A DNA stretch of 64,000 nucleotides. Origin: Nageia nagi (lineage: Eukaryota; Plantae; Pinophyta). The notes under the pieces were generated by a model. It worked only from the letters and a program-made list of their open reading frames with translations. It had not been told where the DNA came from and searched no databases. This document shows, piece after piece, positions 41,801-52,057 of this stretch (within the stretch, counting starts at the first letter, position 1; every line of letters starts with the position of its first letter). A program made the position numbers and the translations under genes. The stretch lies in assembly GCA_050084985.1 (NCBI GenBank), contig JBITNC010000001.1:26412001-26476000 (forward strand). The letters are read 5' to 3'.

Positions 41801-44800
41801 ATGCATTTGGAGGCGTTTTGCATCAATTTGTCAAAAATTTGAGCTTCAAATTCTTGTTCTAGATCCTTCTGATAGTCTTTTGAGCTCCTTCCTTATTTGA
41901 ATTTGGATTTGCCTGTGATGTGATCATTGTGGCAAATTTTCAAGGGGTGTTGAGAGAATTTTTCGAAAAAGTGGATTTTTTTGTCTATTTTTCGAAAAAG
42001 ATAGTGGGGGTCCGAAAGTTGGAAATTTTTCAAAAAGTGGATTTGAGCTTATGGATGGATGGAGGATGGGATTATAAGGTCTTTGGCAAGTTGTGAGAGG
42101 TTTTGGAGCTTTTAGGAGGATTTGTGAAGGATTTGGGATTTTGACAAATTTTTCCATTTTCATGTCTATGGAATTCATTTGGTAGAAAAAAGTGAAATTT
42201 CCATAGGAATGAAAAATGTATCCAAGATTTTTGAGCCCTTTAACTTGCTCAAATTCAAAAATTTCAAAGTTTAAAGTTGCTTAGAATTCCATTTTCCATG
42301 CAATGAAGGTAAAATTTTTGATTTTTGAGCAAAATTTGATGTTCCTCCTCAAGTTAGGTGCTAGTTTTCACTTGTATGGATTTGGAAAAATTAGAAAAGC
42401 TGCACCTAGCTTTTTGGTGCCTTATATGTGCTCAAAATAAAAAATTTGTAGGTTTAAATGTGCTTGGAATGTCTTTCTCCATGCAAGGAAAGGGTCCAAC
42501 TTGATTTTTTGGGTGAATTTGCCCTTATCTCTCCAATTTAGGTGCTAGTTTTCAGCCCTATGGATCTTCAATGACATGAAAACCTGCACCTAGATATTTG
42601 TGCCCCCAAACTTGCTCAAAAATGAAAATTTGCAAGTTTAAATGTGTAGAATGGGGTCTTTTATCCATTTATGCCTTCAAATCTGGTTTTTGATCAAACA
42701 TCCATCTTCCTCCTTGAATTAGGCGTCAAAAAACACTTCATTGAGATTCCATTAGCATGAATACATGTGTCTATGCTTTTTGGGCATTTCCCTTGTTCAA
42801 AAGTGAAATTTTGTAGACCTAAACCTTCTTGAAATGCCCTTTTCCTTGCTTACAAACCTTCAAACTGGAATTTTGGACAAAATTTATCTTTTTTCCTCAT
42901 GCTAGGTGCCAAAATTCATCCCATTGGATTTCTATAGCTTTGCAAACTTGCGCCTAGCCTTTAGGGTGCTTAAAAGTGCTCAAAATTGATTTTTCCATGA
43001 CCTAAATGTGTTCAAAATGCCAAATTTCACTTAATTCCTCAAACTTGATTTTTGACCAAAATTTGTCAAATTTTTCACTTTAGGCGCCATTTTTCACCCC
43101 ATTGGATTTGGAAAAACTTGAAAACCTGTGCCTGTACTTTAAATGCTCAAAAGTTGATAAATTTGCCTTTTTCAAGACCTAAATGTGCTCGAAATCACTT
43201 TCTTTTTGTCCCCAAGCACTTAAACTTGATTTTTTGCAAAATTTATCTTTTTCTTTCATTCTAGGTGCCAAAAATCACTCCAGTGGATTTCCATACAGTT
43301 GGAAACATGTGCCATGCTTTTTGGGCCTCAAAACTTGATCAAATTTGAAAAATTGAAGATTTGAATGTGCTTGAAATCCCTTTTTCCATCAATTTTTTCT
43401 TTGGGTTTGGTATTTTGGTCAAAATCCATTTTTCTCCTTCAAGTTAGGCACCAAAATGCAAGTCTATGGATTTCCAATCACTTGGAAACTTGCGCCTAGG
43501 ATTTTAGGGTACTTCCATTGGTCAAAATCAAAAATTTGTAGACCTAAAGTGCCTTAGAAAGAGATTTTACATGCAATCAAATCATCTCCCTTGATTTTTG
43601 AGACAATTTCCATTTTTCCCTTGGTAGTTATGTGCCAAAATACATCTCAATGGATTTCCATTGGCTTGAAAAACTGCACCTAGGCTTGGAGGGCTTAAAA
43701 CTTGGTCAAAATTGAAAATTTCAAGTCCTAATTGTGTTAGAAATAACCTTATCTCTTCATTGATGCTTTTAGACTTGATTTTCGACACCATTTGCATTTG
43801 TCTCTTGAAAGTTTTTCATATTTTACCATTCTGGGAGCTATGTGTCAAAACCGGGGCTCTGATATCACTAAAGTCCTCAAACTGTGCTCTTAGGCACACC
43901 TTGTGTGTTCTCGACCCATATCTGCCATTTCGGAGCTTGAGCTTGACCAAATCCACATTTTTCGTCGTTTTCGGGCTCAAATTGGGCATTTTCGATCATT
44001 CTCGGCATTTCCGAGCTCAAACTCTAAAAAGGGTCATTTCTGGCAGTAACGGTCAAAACTGAGCTTAATATCTGAAAAACGTTCATTTTCGGCATTCTCG
44101 GCACTTTAGAGCTCAAACCTTACATTTCCGGCCATTTCAGTCAAAATCGAACATTTATATGCATTCCCAACCAAAATTGCACTTTTTGAACATTTCTGAG
44201 CATTATGGGCTCAACTTTACATTTTTGACCATTTTCAAGCTTTTCGGTTCCAAAATGTGCAAAAACGCACATGCTTGCCTTGTTGACCACTTCCGGGCTC
44301 AAAATTGGCAAAAACACACATTTTGTATCATACTTGCCCTTTTCGGCTTTTTCGGGGTCAAAATTGACAAAAACGCTTATTTTTGTCATCTTAGCCATAT
44401 TTACTGCACCCGGACTCAAACTTGATGTAATGACCCTATTTTTAAGAATATCTTGCATTTGGGATTTTCCACAAATCTTTTCTCTTACAAGTCAGATATG
44501 GTTGTTGCACCTTCAGAATTGGATAGAGCATCTCATGGCATTTGTTTTAAGTGGTCACATGACCCCTTTTGGACAAGAAATGAAGGAGTTATGGCTACTT
44601 GAAGTTCGCCAGTCGGACCAGTCTTCCATATCGCACCTACACACGAAAATCCACTTAGTGGATTTTTACTTAAAAGTGCAATGTTGAATTATAATAAACT
44701 TTTATGTTATTCTAATATTATTTTAAGTACTTTTATTTGTAATAAGGCCAATCAATGGCTTAGATTAGCTTAGAGGGGTCAATGCAAGATTAGGGTTGGA

Positions 44801-47800
44801 GTCTATATAAGTAGATGCAACACTCCATTTTGGGTATGTTATGTGATATGAGAATTGAATATTGAAAACCTAGAGTTTCCATGAGTTGAGATTGCAGGTC
44901 TTGCTCATTCCCATAGTGCATTGGAGGTGCATGGTTGGGGACTTGGCAATATCATTGAAGGTGTTATTGCCCTAAAATATCAAAAATACAAAAGAGGCAT
45001 CTGTGAATGGTTCGTGGCACTTCTTTTGTGGAGGGATTCACTCAATTTGGGAAGTTTGTATCTGCATTTTTAGTTCCGTGAGGATTCCATTTGTCCATTC
45101 CAGCTTTGTATTGGTTTGGAAATATTTAATATATGATACTGGCTGATTTCTCCTCATACTAGTGTTATTTTATGAGCAATTTCTGAGTTATTTTATAGCT
45201 GCAATTTATTTCTGAATTTTTATGTTGAGGGTTTGCTAGAAATAAAGAAATAAAAATAAAAGGAACATCACACTTGACAAAAACACTCGTTTTTGTCATC
45301 TGGGCACCTTTGTGCTTTAATCCTTCAAAAATGCACCTTTTTGTCACCCTTGGCATTTGTGAGCTCAAACCTTGCAAAACAGACCCCATGTGCATTGACT
45401 GCACTCTAGACCCAAAAATCCGTGCTCTGATGTTGTCTCTCAGATCCTGGCTCTGTGGCTCCAAAACTGGTGACTGGATACTCTGATACTCTTCATGGTC
45501 TTCGTTGCAAGATCTCCTTGAATCGCTCCTTGATATCATGTTTGCACTCTTCAAAATGAACTATCCGTCCCCAAAAGCCTATCTCAAGGCAATGCACCTC
45601 ATTGCCTTTGCAAAAATAGGGTTCCCAAATCTTGTATTTTGGGGTGTGTTGTGTGGGCACAACAAACCGTATGACTCAATGGTCTCCTCCAAGAACACCA
45701 CATTCTTCCGCACACCCTTGGAAATCATGCCATTGGTGCTAGTATTCTACCAGAAATAATCTGATATCTTCTTTGACGTAGCCTTCATTTGATGTCTCTA
45801 GATGAGCATTCGCCTCTCATGGACGATGGGATTCCTTAACTTCAGCAAGCTAAGGTCATCGATATCAAGATGTTCTTGCAACAGATTCGGAGCCTCTGCC
45901 AATACCGCCGCTTTCTTTCTTACATTGTTGTCCTCCCCATGGAACTTGAGCTGATAGACATTCGTTCATTTACTCCTTTCTCAAGGTGATTCTGATCTTT
46001 AGGGTTGCATTGCACTTTTCAAGCACGTGGTTCAACTAATCATGATGATAGCTGAACTTAGGGCAGTAGACCAACTTTTCAAGATTGTCAGCATAAATAT
46101 GCTGTAGATGGGAGACGTTGGGTAGATGAGTATTCATAGTGCCAAGGTGTGGTGAAATTTGTGCCTTGAGATCCCTTATTTCTACACCTTCGGCAAGGAG
46201 CTTGTAAATTCGAGAAGACATTCTATCGATAGCTTCCATCATTTCTTTCTTCAGCTGCTCGTTCATTATTTCCCATCCTTCATGGAAGGAAGTCTGCTTC
46301 TACAAGTCTAAGGGGGTAGTGCTGACCTTTTAGAAGTCCTTGATGATTTTCCTGCTAACCGTGAGTTCTCTTTTCAATCTCATCACCTCCTTGGCTTCGT
46401 AGCCATCCTGCTCCATAATTGCAACATTCTGAGTGACTATGTGTTTCCGTACTATCAATCCTAGCTTCACAGGCATCTTGAATGTCTCAATGACGCAGTC
46501 CCGTGCTCTCTGAGGGTGTTTCTCCTTTGAATTGTAATGGCTGATGGAGATCTCTTTCCGAGAAGTGGAAACAAAGGTGTCAACTCATCTAATCTTCTCA
46601 CCATCCGAAAAACTCTTTTTCTTCATCTTCAGAGCATAGGTCTTGGTCTATGTATTCGTCATGAGCCATGCTCATGCTTAGGGACCTAAGGCAGGCATCT
46701 AGGTAAAGATCCATATGCTCAGTTGCTAGTTAAGGAGGAAATCTTTGAACCAACAGCTGTCTTTTGTCGATCTTCTTGACCTCTTTCGTTGGAGTGGTTT
46801 GGACGATTGTGACCTCCTTACCTTGGTGCTCTTCCTGTCTCCTCTTCTTCTTCTGTTCCTCAGTCTCTCCTTTATCTTCCTCATCTCCTCCATCACTGCC
46901 TATAGATATGCCTTTGTTCTGTGGCTAGGGAGATCTTTCATGGCTTGTCCTCTTTGTGGAGGACTTGTGTGAAGTGGAAGGGGACTTCTTCCTATGCTCG
47001 ATAGGAGAGGGTTTGAAGGCACCTACTTTTTTGGCACATTTTACTCCAATGATCTAGATGTCATCATCATACTTTCCAACGTCTAATATCTCATTGTCAT
47101 CTGCGAGAGTCTCAATCTTCGTCTCATCGGGTGCAGAAACACCCATAGCTACGTCCTCTTGTCCAGGAATACGGTAGCACCATCATTATCATCATCTTTT
47201 TCTTCTTCTCGTTCGCCATGGCTCTCCGATTCTTCCTCGGAATCATCCACTGTACGACTAGGCTCTTCATTAGAAGAAGAAGTGGAACGTTCAGAACTAG
47301 AACTAGAACTTGGTTGTAAAGGGGGGACTTTCTCCCTGCATCCAGGAGAATGAGTAAGTTTGGAAGGGACTGCCTTGGTGGATGAATCACTAGCACAAGC
47401 CTCACCCATTGCATCATCTAACACATCCGAATTGAGAGTGTGATAACCAGTGTCCTTTGAGATCAGAAACTAGTACGTTGCGCTTGCTAGGGTCCATGAT
47501 GAGTTCCCTTGGAGCCTCTTGTTGGTTCCCAATGGGGAGCAATAGTTTCTTGCCTGGTAGAGATGTAGTACGAGTGGGAGAAGGAGATGTCTTGATCCGA
47601 AGAAGGACCTCCTTTGATCTGGGCTTTGTAGTTCAGGGTCTCTTAGGTGGCTTCTCTGCTTGGAGCAGAGTCTTTTTCTTGCTCAGAAGAGCATCTATTC
47701 ATGAAATCTCCTCCTCATCTTGCAAGTTCCTATACCTCTCCTCATTCCCCAAAGACTTATGCGGAAATGCAATAGGTTTGTGGAATGCAATGTCATAGAA

Positions 47801-50800
47801 ACAAGCAATTACACCCTTGGGATCATAGTTTCTTGCAACCACCTTCTTGGAAAAGGCATATTGCTGCAGCTCCTTCATGTTGTCTACCTCCACCCATGTC
47901 TGGCATACATACTTCGATATTGAGATAGGCGAATTGATGGTCGCATTCTTCTTCTTCCAGACTTTCTCCTTTAAGAACAAAAGCTGACTAGCAAACTCCA
48001 TGAGGATCGACTTGTCACTAGCGTATCTTTGCAGGAGAAGGGGTCGTTCTTTTGAGCCATAGACTTTGATGTATGTATGGTCAGCGTCTTGCAGAAAAAA
48101 ATCCGCATGTATGCTGATAGCTTGGATAGCCGCATCAGAAATCCCCTTCATCGTTGACTCCCCTTTGATGTCTTTGTAGATGTCATACTCCTAGTGATCA
48201 GTCCTCTCACAGAAATGTTGGAACATGTTCTGATACCACCATTTAGGATAGGCTCACCACACGGAGGTGTTCTTCTGCCCCAGATATCTTTCATCCGCCT
48301 ATTCTTTGGATCTGATCTTGCCATGGAGCAACAAGTACAAAAGATAAGAATTCATATAGAATCTCTTCGATGAGCTGAAATAGGCTAGCTGGTGGAGCAA
48401 GGCATCACTGATTACCCCAGCCCATCGGATAACTCTCCCTGAGCTGATAACTGCAATGAATCCTGTGAACTCCCTCCTGTAGTTCTTGTCGTTCTCGACC
48501 AGTGACCCTTGACAAGAGAGTGATTAACTTGGCCACAACAGGCAGGAACTCCTCTCTACGTGCGCTGATCAATCCCTGACCTTGAAGATTTTTGTAATCT
48601 TCCAGTAACCAGGGTCGAATGTAGTACCTAGGCCGGGCTATGGAATCATGGAATTCTTCAGAATGTGCCAATGAGTAATTGTCCCCATATCTTCTCTAGT
48701 CGAAGGCTGCTTCAATTCTAGTAGGGAAGAAGTCCATGATTATGTTTCCGTTTGTGTCCCGTAGGACCCTTTTATGATAATCACACTTCCTAGCTACCTC
48801 ATGACATAGGTCAAGAAAAGGTACTACAAATGGCATCATTGTGGCGTTGAACAAGCCACATGTATGGATGAGTTTTGATGATAAGTCCTCTTTGCTGATG
48901 GAGGTTGTGGAGGCTAAAGTTTGGACAAGATCTAAGTTCCCCCAATCTGTATCACCAACAAAGATGTATCGCCCCTTAAATTTGGCTTTAGGGAGCTCTG
49001 GTCTCTCTCTCTCCTGAAATTCAATCAAGCTTTCTCTCAAAAGTCGGGTCATCTGGCTTTGGGTCACATGTCTCTCGAATAGCTGGCTTTGAACCTTCCT
49101 GGCCCTTAATGGAGGTGGCTTGATACTAGAAGCCATGCAAGAATGTCTGAAAACCTTCAAGAAAACCCTAAAGACAAATCTGGACGTTGTGAAAGATGCA
49201 GCTAGGCAGAGTTAGATGTGCAGATTTGGGCTGTAGAAAGTCCAACACACCGGATGATGGTTGCTTCCCTTTTTATATGAAATGCATGGAGGGTGAATGC
49301 ATGGCGAGGCACATGCTTTCCACTTGTCTTCTTCTCCTCGCAACTCTTGGCATCTCACAGTTGACCAATTTCACCTTGCAATCTTGGGCGCACAGTTTGA
49401 GTTGGGTGCAAAAGCACAACTTGAAAAGCATGCGACTGGGCCTAGGGTTACTTAGTCAAATTTCGGAGCATAATTCTTCACCTCAATCCTAGGCGCATGG
49501 ATCTGGATGAGTGCTTGAGCACAACTTGAAAAGCATGCAACTAGGCTTAGGGAATGCATTGGAATGCCTTAGCCCAAAAATGGCTAATTGGATGCACGTC
49601 CCCTAAAACACCTTATTTCTCCTTGGCGTATTGTTTTGGATGAGTGCAAAAGCATGCATTAGAAATGGTGCGACTGGGGAAAGGGTGGCAAATCTCAAAT
49701 GAAGTGATTAAAATGACTAAGAGGTGGGGTGATATTTATAACATTCAAAACTACCACGTGTCACCTCTGGATTGATCAAACTGGGGGTCAAATGACGGAC
49801 AAAGAGCAGGGGTGCATGGTTTTAAAGGAGTGAAAAAGCATGTGATGAAAAGCATGAGACTAAGCTTTTAGATACTTAGCCAATTTTGAAGTTGACGTTG
49901 AAGTCCAATTCCTGGTCGCACTGTTTTGAAAGGGTGCTTTAGCATTCATCTTAATCCTTGCGCCAAGGGGTCTGGCACGCTTCCCAAAACTAGAAATTCA
50001 AAAGTAACTTGAAAAATGTAATTTTAATACAGGTCGCATATTTTGGAGGGGCTGCTTTCTCTCCCTTGATCCGACGCAATGCTCCAAACAAGTTTGCAAA
50101 CTGAAATACTAAGGGTGACTTCCCTTTTATAGCCTTCCGGGTAGGACAGGTGTCTCCACATGATAGGTGTGAGAGGGGGTCCAATGTATGAGTCGCCACT
50201 TGTCAACGAACTAGACCCAACACTTAGCCAATTTTACTTTCATGAATCTGGTTGCACAGTTTGAGTTGGGTACAAAAGCACTCACTTGAAAGCATGCGAC
50301 TAGCTTTGGTTGCCCCAAAAATGGCTAAGTCCTTTTCTTCCTGGTCGCATGGATTGAGTAGGGTGAAAAAGGACTTGTCCGAAAACATGCGACAGGCTTT
50401 TGTGACCCAAAAAAATGACTAAGTATGAAACTTCTTCCTTGGTCGCACCATTTTAGGTGAGTGCAAAATTACTTGCCCAAAAACATGTGACAGGTTTCCA
50501 TGGCCCCAAAAGAGACTAAGTATAAGATTTCTTTCTTGGTTGCACCGTTTTAGGTGAGTGCAAAAAGATACACCTGAAAACATGCGATAGGTTTCCCCAC
50601 ACAAAAAAAATGCCACGTATGAGAGGTTCAACCTTGGTCGCACCATTTTGGGTGAGTGCAAAAGCACTCACCTGAAAACATGTGACAGGCTGAAAACACG
50701 ATTTTTCCTTGCATTTTGACCAAAATAACACCAGATATGAAATGCAATGAGGAAGACGAATTTCTGCAGCATGGAGAACCTTCAAAAGTGCAATTCTACG

Positions 50801-52057
50801 ACATGAAATGCAAGTGATAAGGATGAAAACGCAGCAAGGGGCTGGTCGCATAGTTTGAAAGGAGTGAAAAAGCACTTACTGAAAAACATGCGACAGGCTG
50901 AATAATGCACAATTATGACCTGACTTTGTTCTGAAAGAGCAATTTAAACATGTTTCTTGAAGCTAGACCACAATGTATGCATTCCCTTTGACAAATTACT
51001 TCCATGCATTTCCTTTTCTATTTTGAGGGTCCTCAAAATGCAAAATTTTAGGGGGGTGTTGTGCAGGCACAACAATACACTCCAAGAAAAGGAACAAACT
51101 CATTAAGAAAAACTTGAATGATCTTGTGTTTGTTAATTACAACCTTTGCCCCACCATAGACAAATAGCAAGTTTAAATAATGAGGCTGTTGATTTAGATC
51201 ATATTGATCCATCATCGAAATGCTTCACATATCACATGTAAGAGTAGCATCAAGAAGTTCCTTGCTTCCCCATGGAAACATTTGAAAATATAGTAGGGGA
51301 GTTAGCAGCAAATGCACACGAAGATGCCTGGACGTCAGAAAATCACATAAATCCTCATCATAGAGGGAGACAAGAGCATATTCTAGGGCATAGGGCAAAG
51401 GAGTTGCCAAACATTGAGGTATTGTATTTGTCATGAGTTACGAGTCATAACACATTTTATAATTTGTAATTTTAAACTTTTTTTACATTATAACTTATAA
51501 GTAATACAAAAATTTGCGTGTTCCTCTTCATGATATTTTTATGAGTACATTGTTAATTTTACGTCTATAATGGTGAATGTTGAGTAACTGTGTTAAAAGA
51601 AGATACTCCTATGCATGTAAAATCTTTTGTTTTCGATGAAAAATTGCGTTTATTTTTCAATTTTTTTTTTGCTGAATCTTTCCAAATATGTTTTTCAATA
51701 TTTTGCTGAGTATGAGCCAGTTCCTCTTTTCTCAACTTTGTAATTAGTATTTTGCTCTAAACTTTATATCGTTTGTTATATATTCAAATGAGTTGAATGC
51801 AAGAGTCTGTTCTCTGATGCTTATAATCCATTATTCCTATATCTATTCTAGAAGACGCAACAATGGACGAGTTTTTCATTGAATGGTAGTTTGTTAAAAA
51901 TGGCTTCTTGTCTTTTTAGTTACAATGCTTTAAGGAATTTATAAAAAAAGATCTATATTTTACTTTGATCAATTGACAATAATTCATTGGATTCTTATGT
52001 CAGGTATTGTTTTCAACAGAGACATTTGCTATGGGAGTTAATGCTCCTGCAAAAACT
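11781..52057 (+). CDS. SKI2: SKI2-like DExH-box RNA helicase (exosome cofactor), partial multi-exon gene; 9 internal exons in window, gene extends beyond both window edges
   Basis: Spliced exons 11781-11888, 20965-21064, 21394-21594, 21694-21804, 24940-25007, 31326-31701, 31972-32127, 32264-32374 and 52004-52057 are all bounded by AG/GT. They give [18 protein letters not shown] (Walker A)..[81 protein letters not shown], typical of plant SKI2. One frame break in the second exon. Confidence 0.95.
12611..13350 (-). mobile_element. Truncated LTR fragment (family E-like)
   Basis: Starts TGTAATGTACCCTTC, similar to the end of the solo LTR at 37639; right boundary approximate. Confidence 0.5.
14034..15296 (+). 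mobile_element. Solo LTR, family C (1,263 bp)
   Basis: TGTAACA...TTTTACA; TSD GTAGT/ATAGT; TATA-like CTATAAAAGG at 14641; about 30-bp CCACGTTGG repeats at 14350-14590. Confidence 0.8.
17056..18271 (-). mobile_element. Solo LTR, C/D-related (1,216 bp)
   Basis: TGTGATG...CGTCACA; perfect TSD TGATC; 30-bp CCAACGTGGGGTC repeats at 17808-18005. Confidence 0.85.
18760..19215. repeat. Tandem repeat, 3 units of about 171 bp, inside A3
   Basis: TTTGCATG..GTTACATAACAAAGCTCCAAAATGTGC..GAGGAGCAATTTTGAT units start near 18765, 18937 and 19108; a fourth degenerate unit lies near 19290. Confidence 0.85.
19850..20045 (+). pseudogene. Ty1/Copia integrase C-terminal relic
   Basis: Translates with frameshifts to [33 protein letters not shown], the typical Copia post-integrase motif. 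Confidence 0.55.
20965..21064 (+). CDS. SKI2: SKI2 exon with Walker A ([29 protein letters not shown]); 100 nt, frameshifted as assembled
   Basis: ttgcag|GCA acceptor and AAA|gtatgt donor; the conserved peptide is in a different frame from the acceptor. Confidence 0.9.
21394..21594 (+). CDS. SKI2: SKI2 exon ([13 protein letters not shown]...DIIRDIEW)
   Basis: ttcag|CAC and TGG|gtgagt; 201 nt; motifs Ia/Ib. Confidence 0.95.
21694..21804 (+). CDS. SKI2: SKI2 exon ([15 protein letters not shown]...LLSAT)
   Basis: tacag|GTC and ACG|gtaaat; 111 nt; DEVH motif II and SAT motif III. Confidence 0.95.
22497..23090 (-). mobile_element. LTR fragment, family F
   Basis: TGTGATG start; 22835-23090 matches 37510-37630 plus 38595-38710. 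Confidence 0.55.
23090..23789 (+). mobile_element. 3' end fragment of another LTR
   Basis: Ends GGAAAAAAATGCAGCCAACA, similar in style to the A/B distal ends; left boundary approximate. Confidence 0.4.
23815..24570. mobile_element. hAT-type MITE (756 bp)
   Basis: TIR CATAGTTGTAAAAAT / ATTTTTACAACTTTG (14/15); 8-bp TSD GACATTAT/TACATTAT; no coding capacity. Confidence 0.8.
24940..25007 (+). CDS. SKI2: SKI2 exon ([23 protein letters not shown])
   Basis: tttag|GTG and GG|gtatgt; 68 nt, ends in phase 2. Confidence 0.93.
26340..27200 (+). pseudogene. Highly decayed Ty3/Gypsy gag relic (interrupted at about 26420-26870)
   Basis: Fragments [19 protein letters not shown] and [37 protein letters not shown] resemble Gypsy gag. 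Confidence 0.55.
27417..29902 (+). mobile_element. hAT DNA transposon, internally deleted (2,486 bp)
   Basis: 11-bp TIR CAGTGTTCCAC/GTGGAACACTG; perfect 8-bp TSD GTATTTAC; subterminal GTTCCC/GGGAAC arrays at both ends. Confidence 0.97.
28132..29618 (+). pseudogene. hAT transposase (BED finger plus DUF659-type region), frameshifted and C-terminally truncated
   Basis: [16 protein letters not shown] finger, [29 protein letters not shown] and TRYAT motifs; intron 29073-29199; 1-nt frameshift near 28872; downstream exons including the dimerization domain are missing. Confidence 0.92.
31326..31701 (+). CDS. SKI2: SKI2 exon ([13 protein letters not shown]...[10 protein letters not shown])
   Basis: atcag|A ACA and CCT|gtatgt; 376 nt, starts in phase 2, matching the previous exon. 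Confidence 0.93.
31972..32127 (+). CDS. SKI2: SKI2 exon ([12 protein letters not shown]...SDRQLPQ)
   Basis: tctag|GCG and CAG|gtaatt; 156 nt; motif IV. Confidence 0.94.
32264..32374 (+). CDS. SKI2: SKI2 exon ([18 protein letters not shown]...RGVIK)
   Basis: tgcag|GTG and AAG|gttgtt; 111 nt. Confidence 0.94.
33474..34066 (+). mobile_element. 5' part of a family E LTR
   Basis: TGTAATGTGCCCAATTTGGGACATC is the reverse complement of the 38590 end; TATA CTATAAATG near 33787. Confidence 0.7.
34072..34720 (+). pseudogene. Ty3/Gypsy gag fragment
   Basis: [54 protein letters not shown], a Retrotrans_gag-like pattern with stops and a frameshift. Confidence 0.8.
34721..37210 (+). mobile_element. Family B fragment B0 (3' part of ORF plus distal end)
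   Basis: Matches 59875-62250; peptide [24 protein letters not shown]; ends GAAAAACATACCAACA. Confidence 0.85.
37211..37367 (+). mobile_element. Distal end of a family A-related LTR
   Basis: AAACCTTGGGGT..GCGATCA..GGAAGGGTTTCCAACCCAACA resembles the reverse complement of 40784-40910. Confidence 0.55.
37490..38896 (-). mobile_element. Family F 3' LTR remnant with adjacent polypurine tract; carries a nested solo LTR
   Basis: Minus strand reads TTTGAAGGGGGGGT then TGTAACATC (LTR start at 38884); homologous to 22835-23090. Confidence 0.6.
37639..38590 (-). mobile_element. Solo LTR, family E (952 bp)
   Basis: TGTAATG...CATTACA; TSD CCCTT/CCCTC. Confidence 0.8.
40784..45664 (-). mobile_element. 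Family A copy A4, complete but ORF-less (about 4.0 kb after removing nested solo LTR)
   Basis: TGTTGGGAAGG...TGTTGTGTGGGCACAACA; flanks GATCG and AACCG each differ by one transition from GACCG, the empty-site sequence in the uninterrupted B copy near 60841. Confidence 0.88.
44426..45272 (+). mobile_element. Solo LTR (847 bp) nested in A4
   Basis: TGTAATG...CATCACA; perfect TSD CTTGA; TATA CTATATAAG near 44803. Confidence 0.9.
49380..50900. repeat. Array of about 98 bp imperfect inverted-repeat units in family B
   Basis: GGTCGCA...TGCGAC pairs, for example at 50250, 50343, 50441, 50538 and 50636; related arrays at 55700-57260 and 63130-63760. Confidence 0.7.
52004..52057 (+). CDS. SKI2: SKI2 exon ([18 protein letters not shown])
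   Basis: gtcag|GTA and ACT|gtgagt; 54 nt; motif V; follows a 19.6 kb intron. Confidence 0.93.

Larger units (their letters stand above)
40729..49136 (-). pseudogene. Family B accessory ORF in B1 (decayed, interrupted near its 3' end by A4)
   Basis: [43 protein letters not shown]..acidic linker..[14 protein letters not shown]; homologous to the family A ORF. Confidence 0.8.
39413..51074 (-). mobile_element. Family B giant LTR-like element B1, complete (about 6.8 kb after removing nested A4)
   Basis: TGTTGGTATG...TGTTGTGCAGGCACAACA with perfect TSD ATACA (39408-39412 and 51075-51079); no internal LTR pair or pol motifs seen. Confidence 0.92.

Noticed and set aside
11781-52057. Alternative identity as MTR4/HEN2 or ISE2 helicase
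   Set aside because: [32 protein letters not shown] and FAMGVNAPA fit SKI2 better than the PIKALSNQK, YMRD and FAMGLNMPA patterns of MTR4/HEN2
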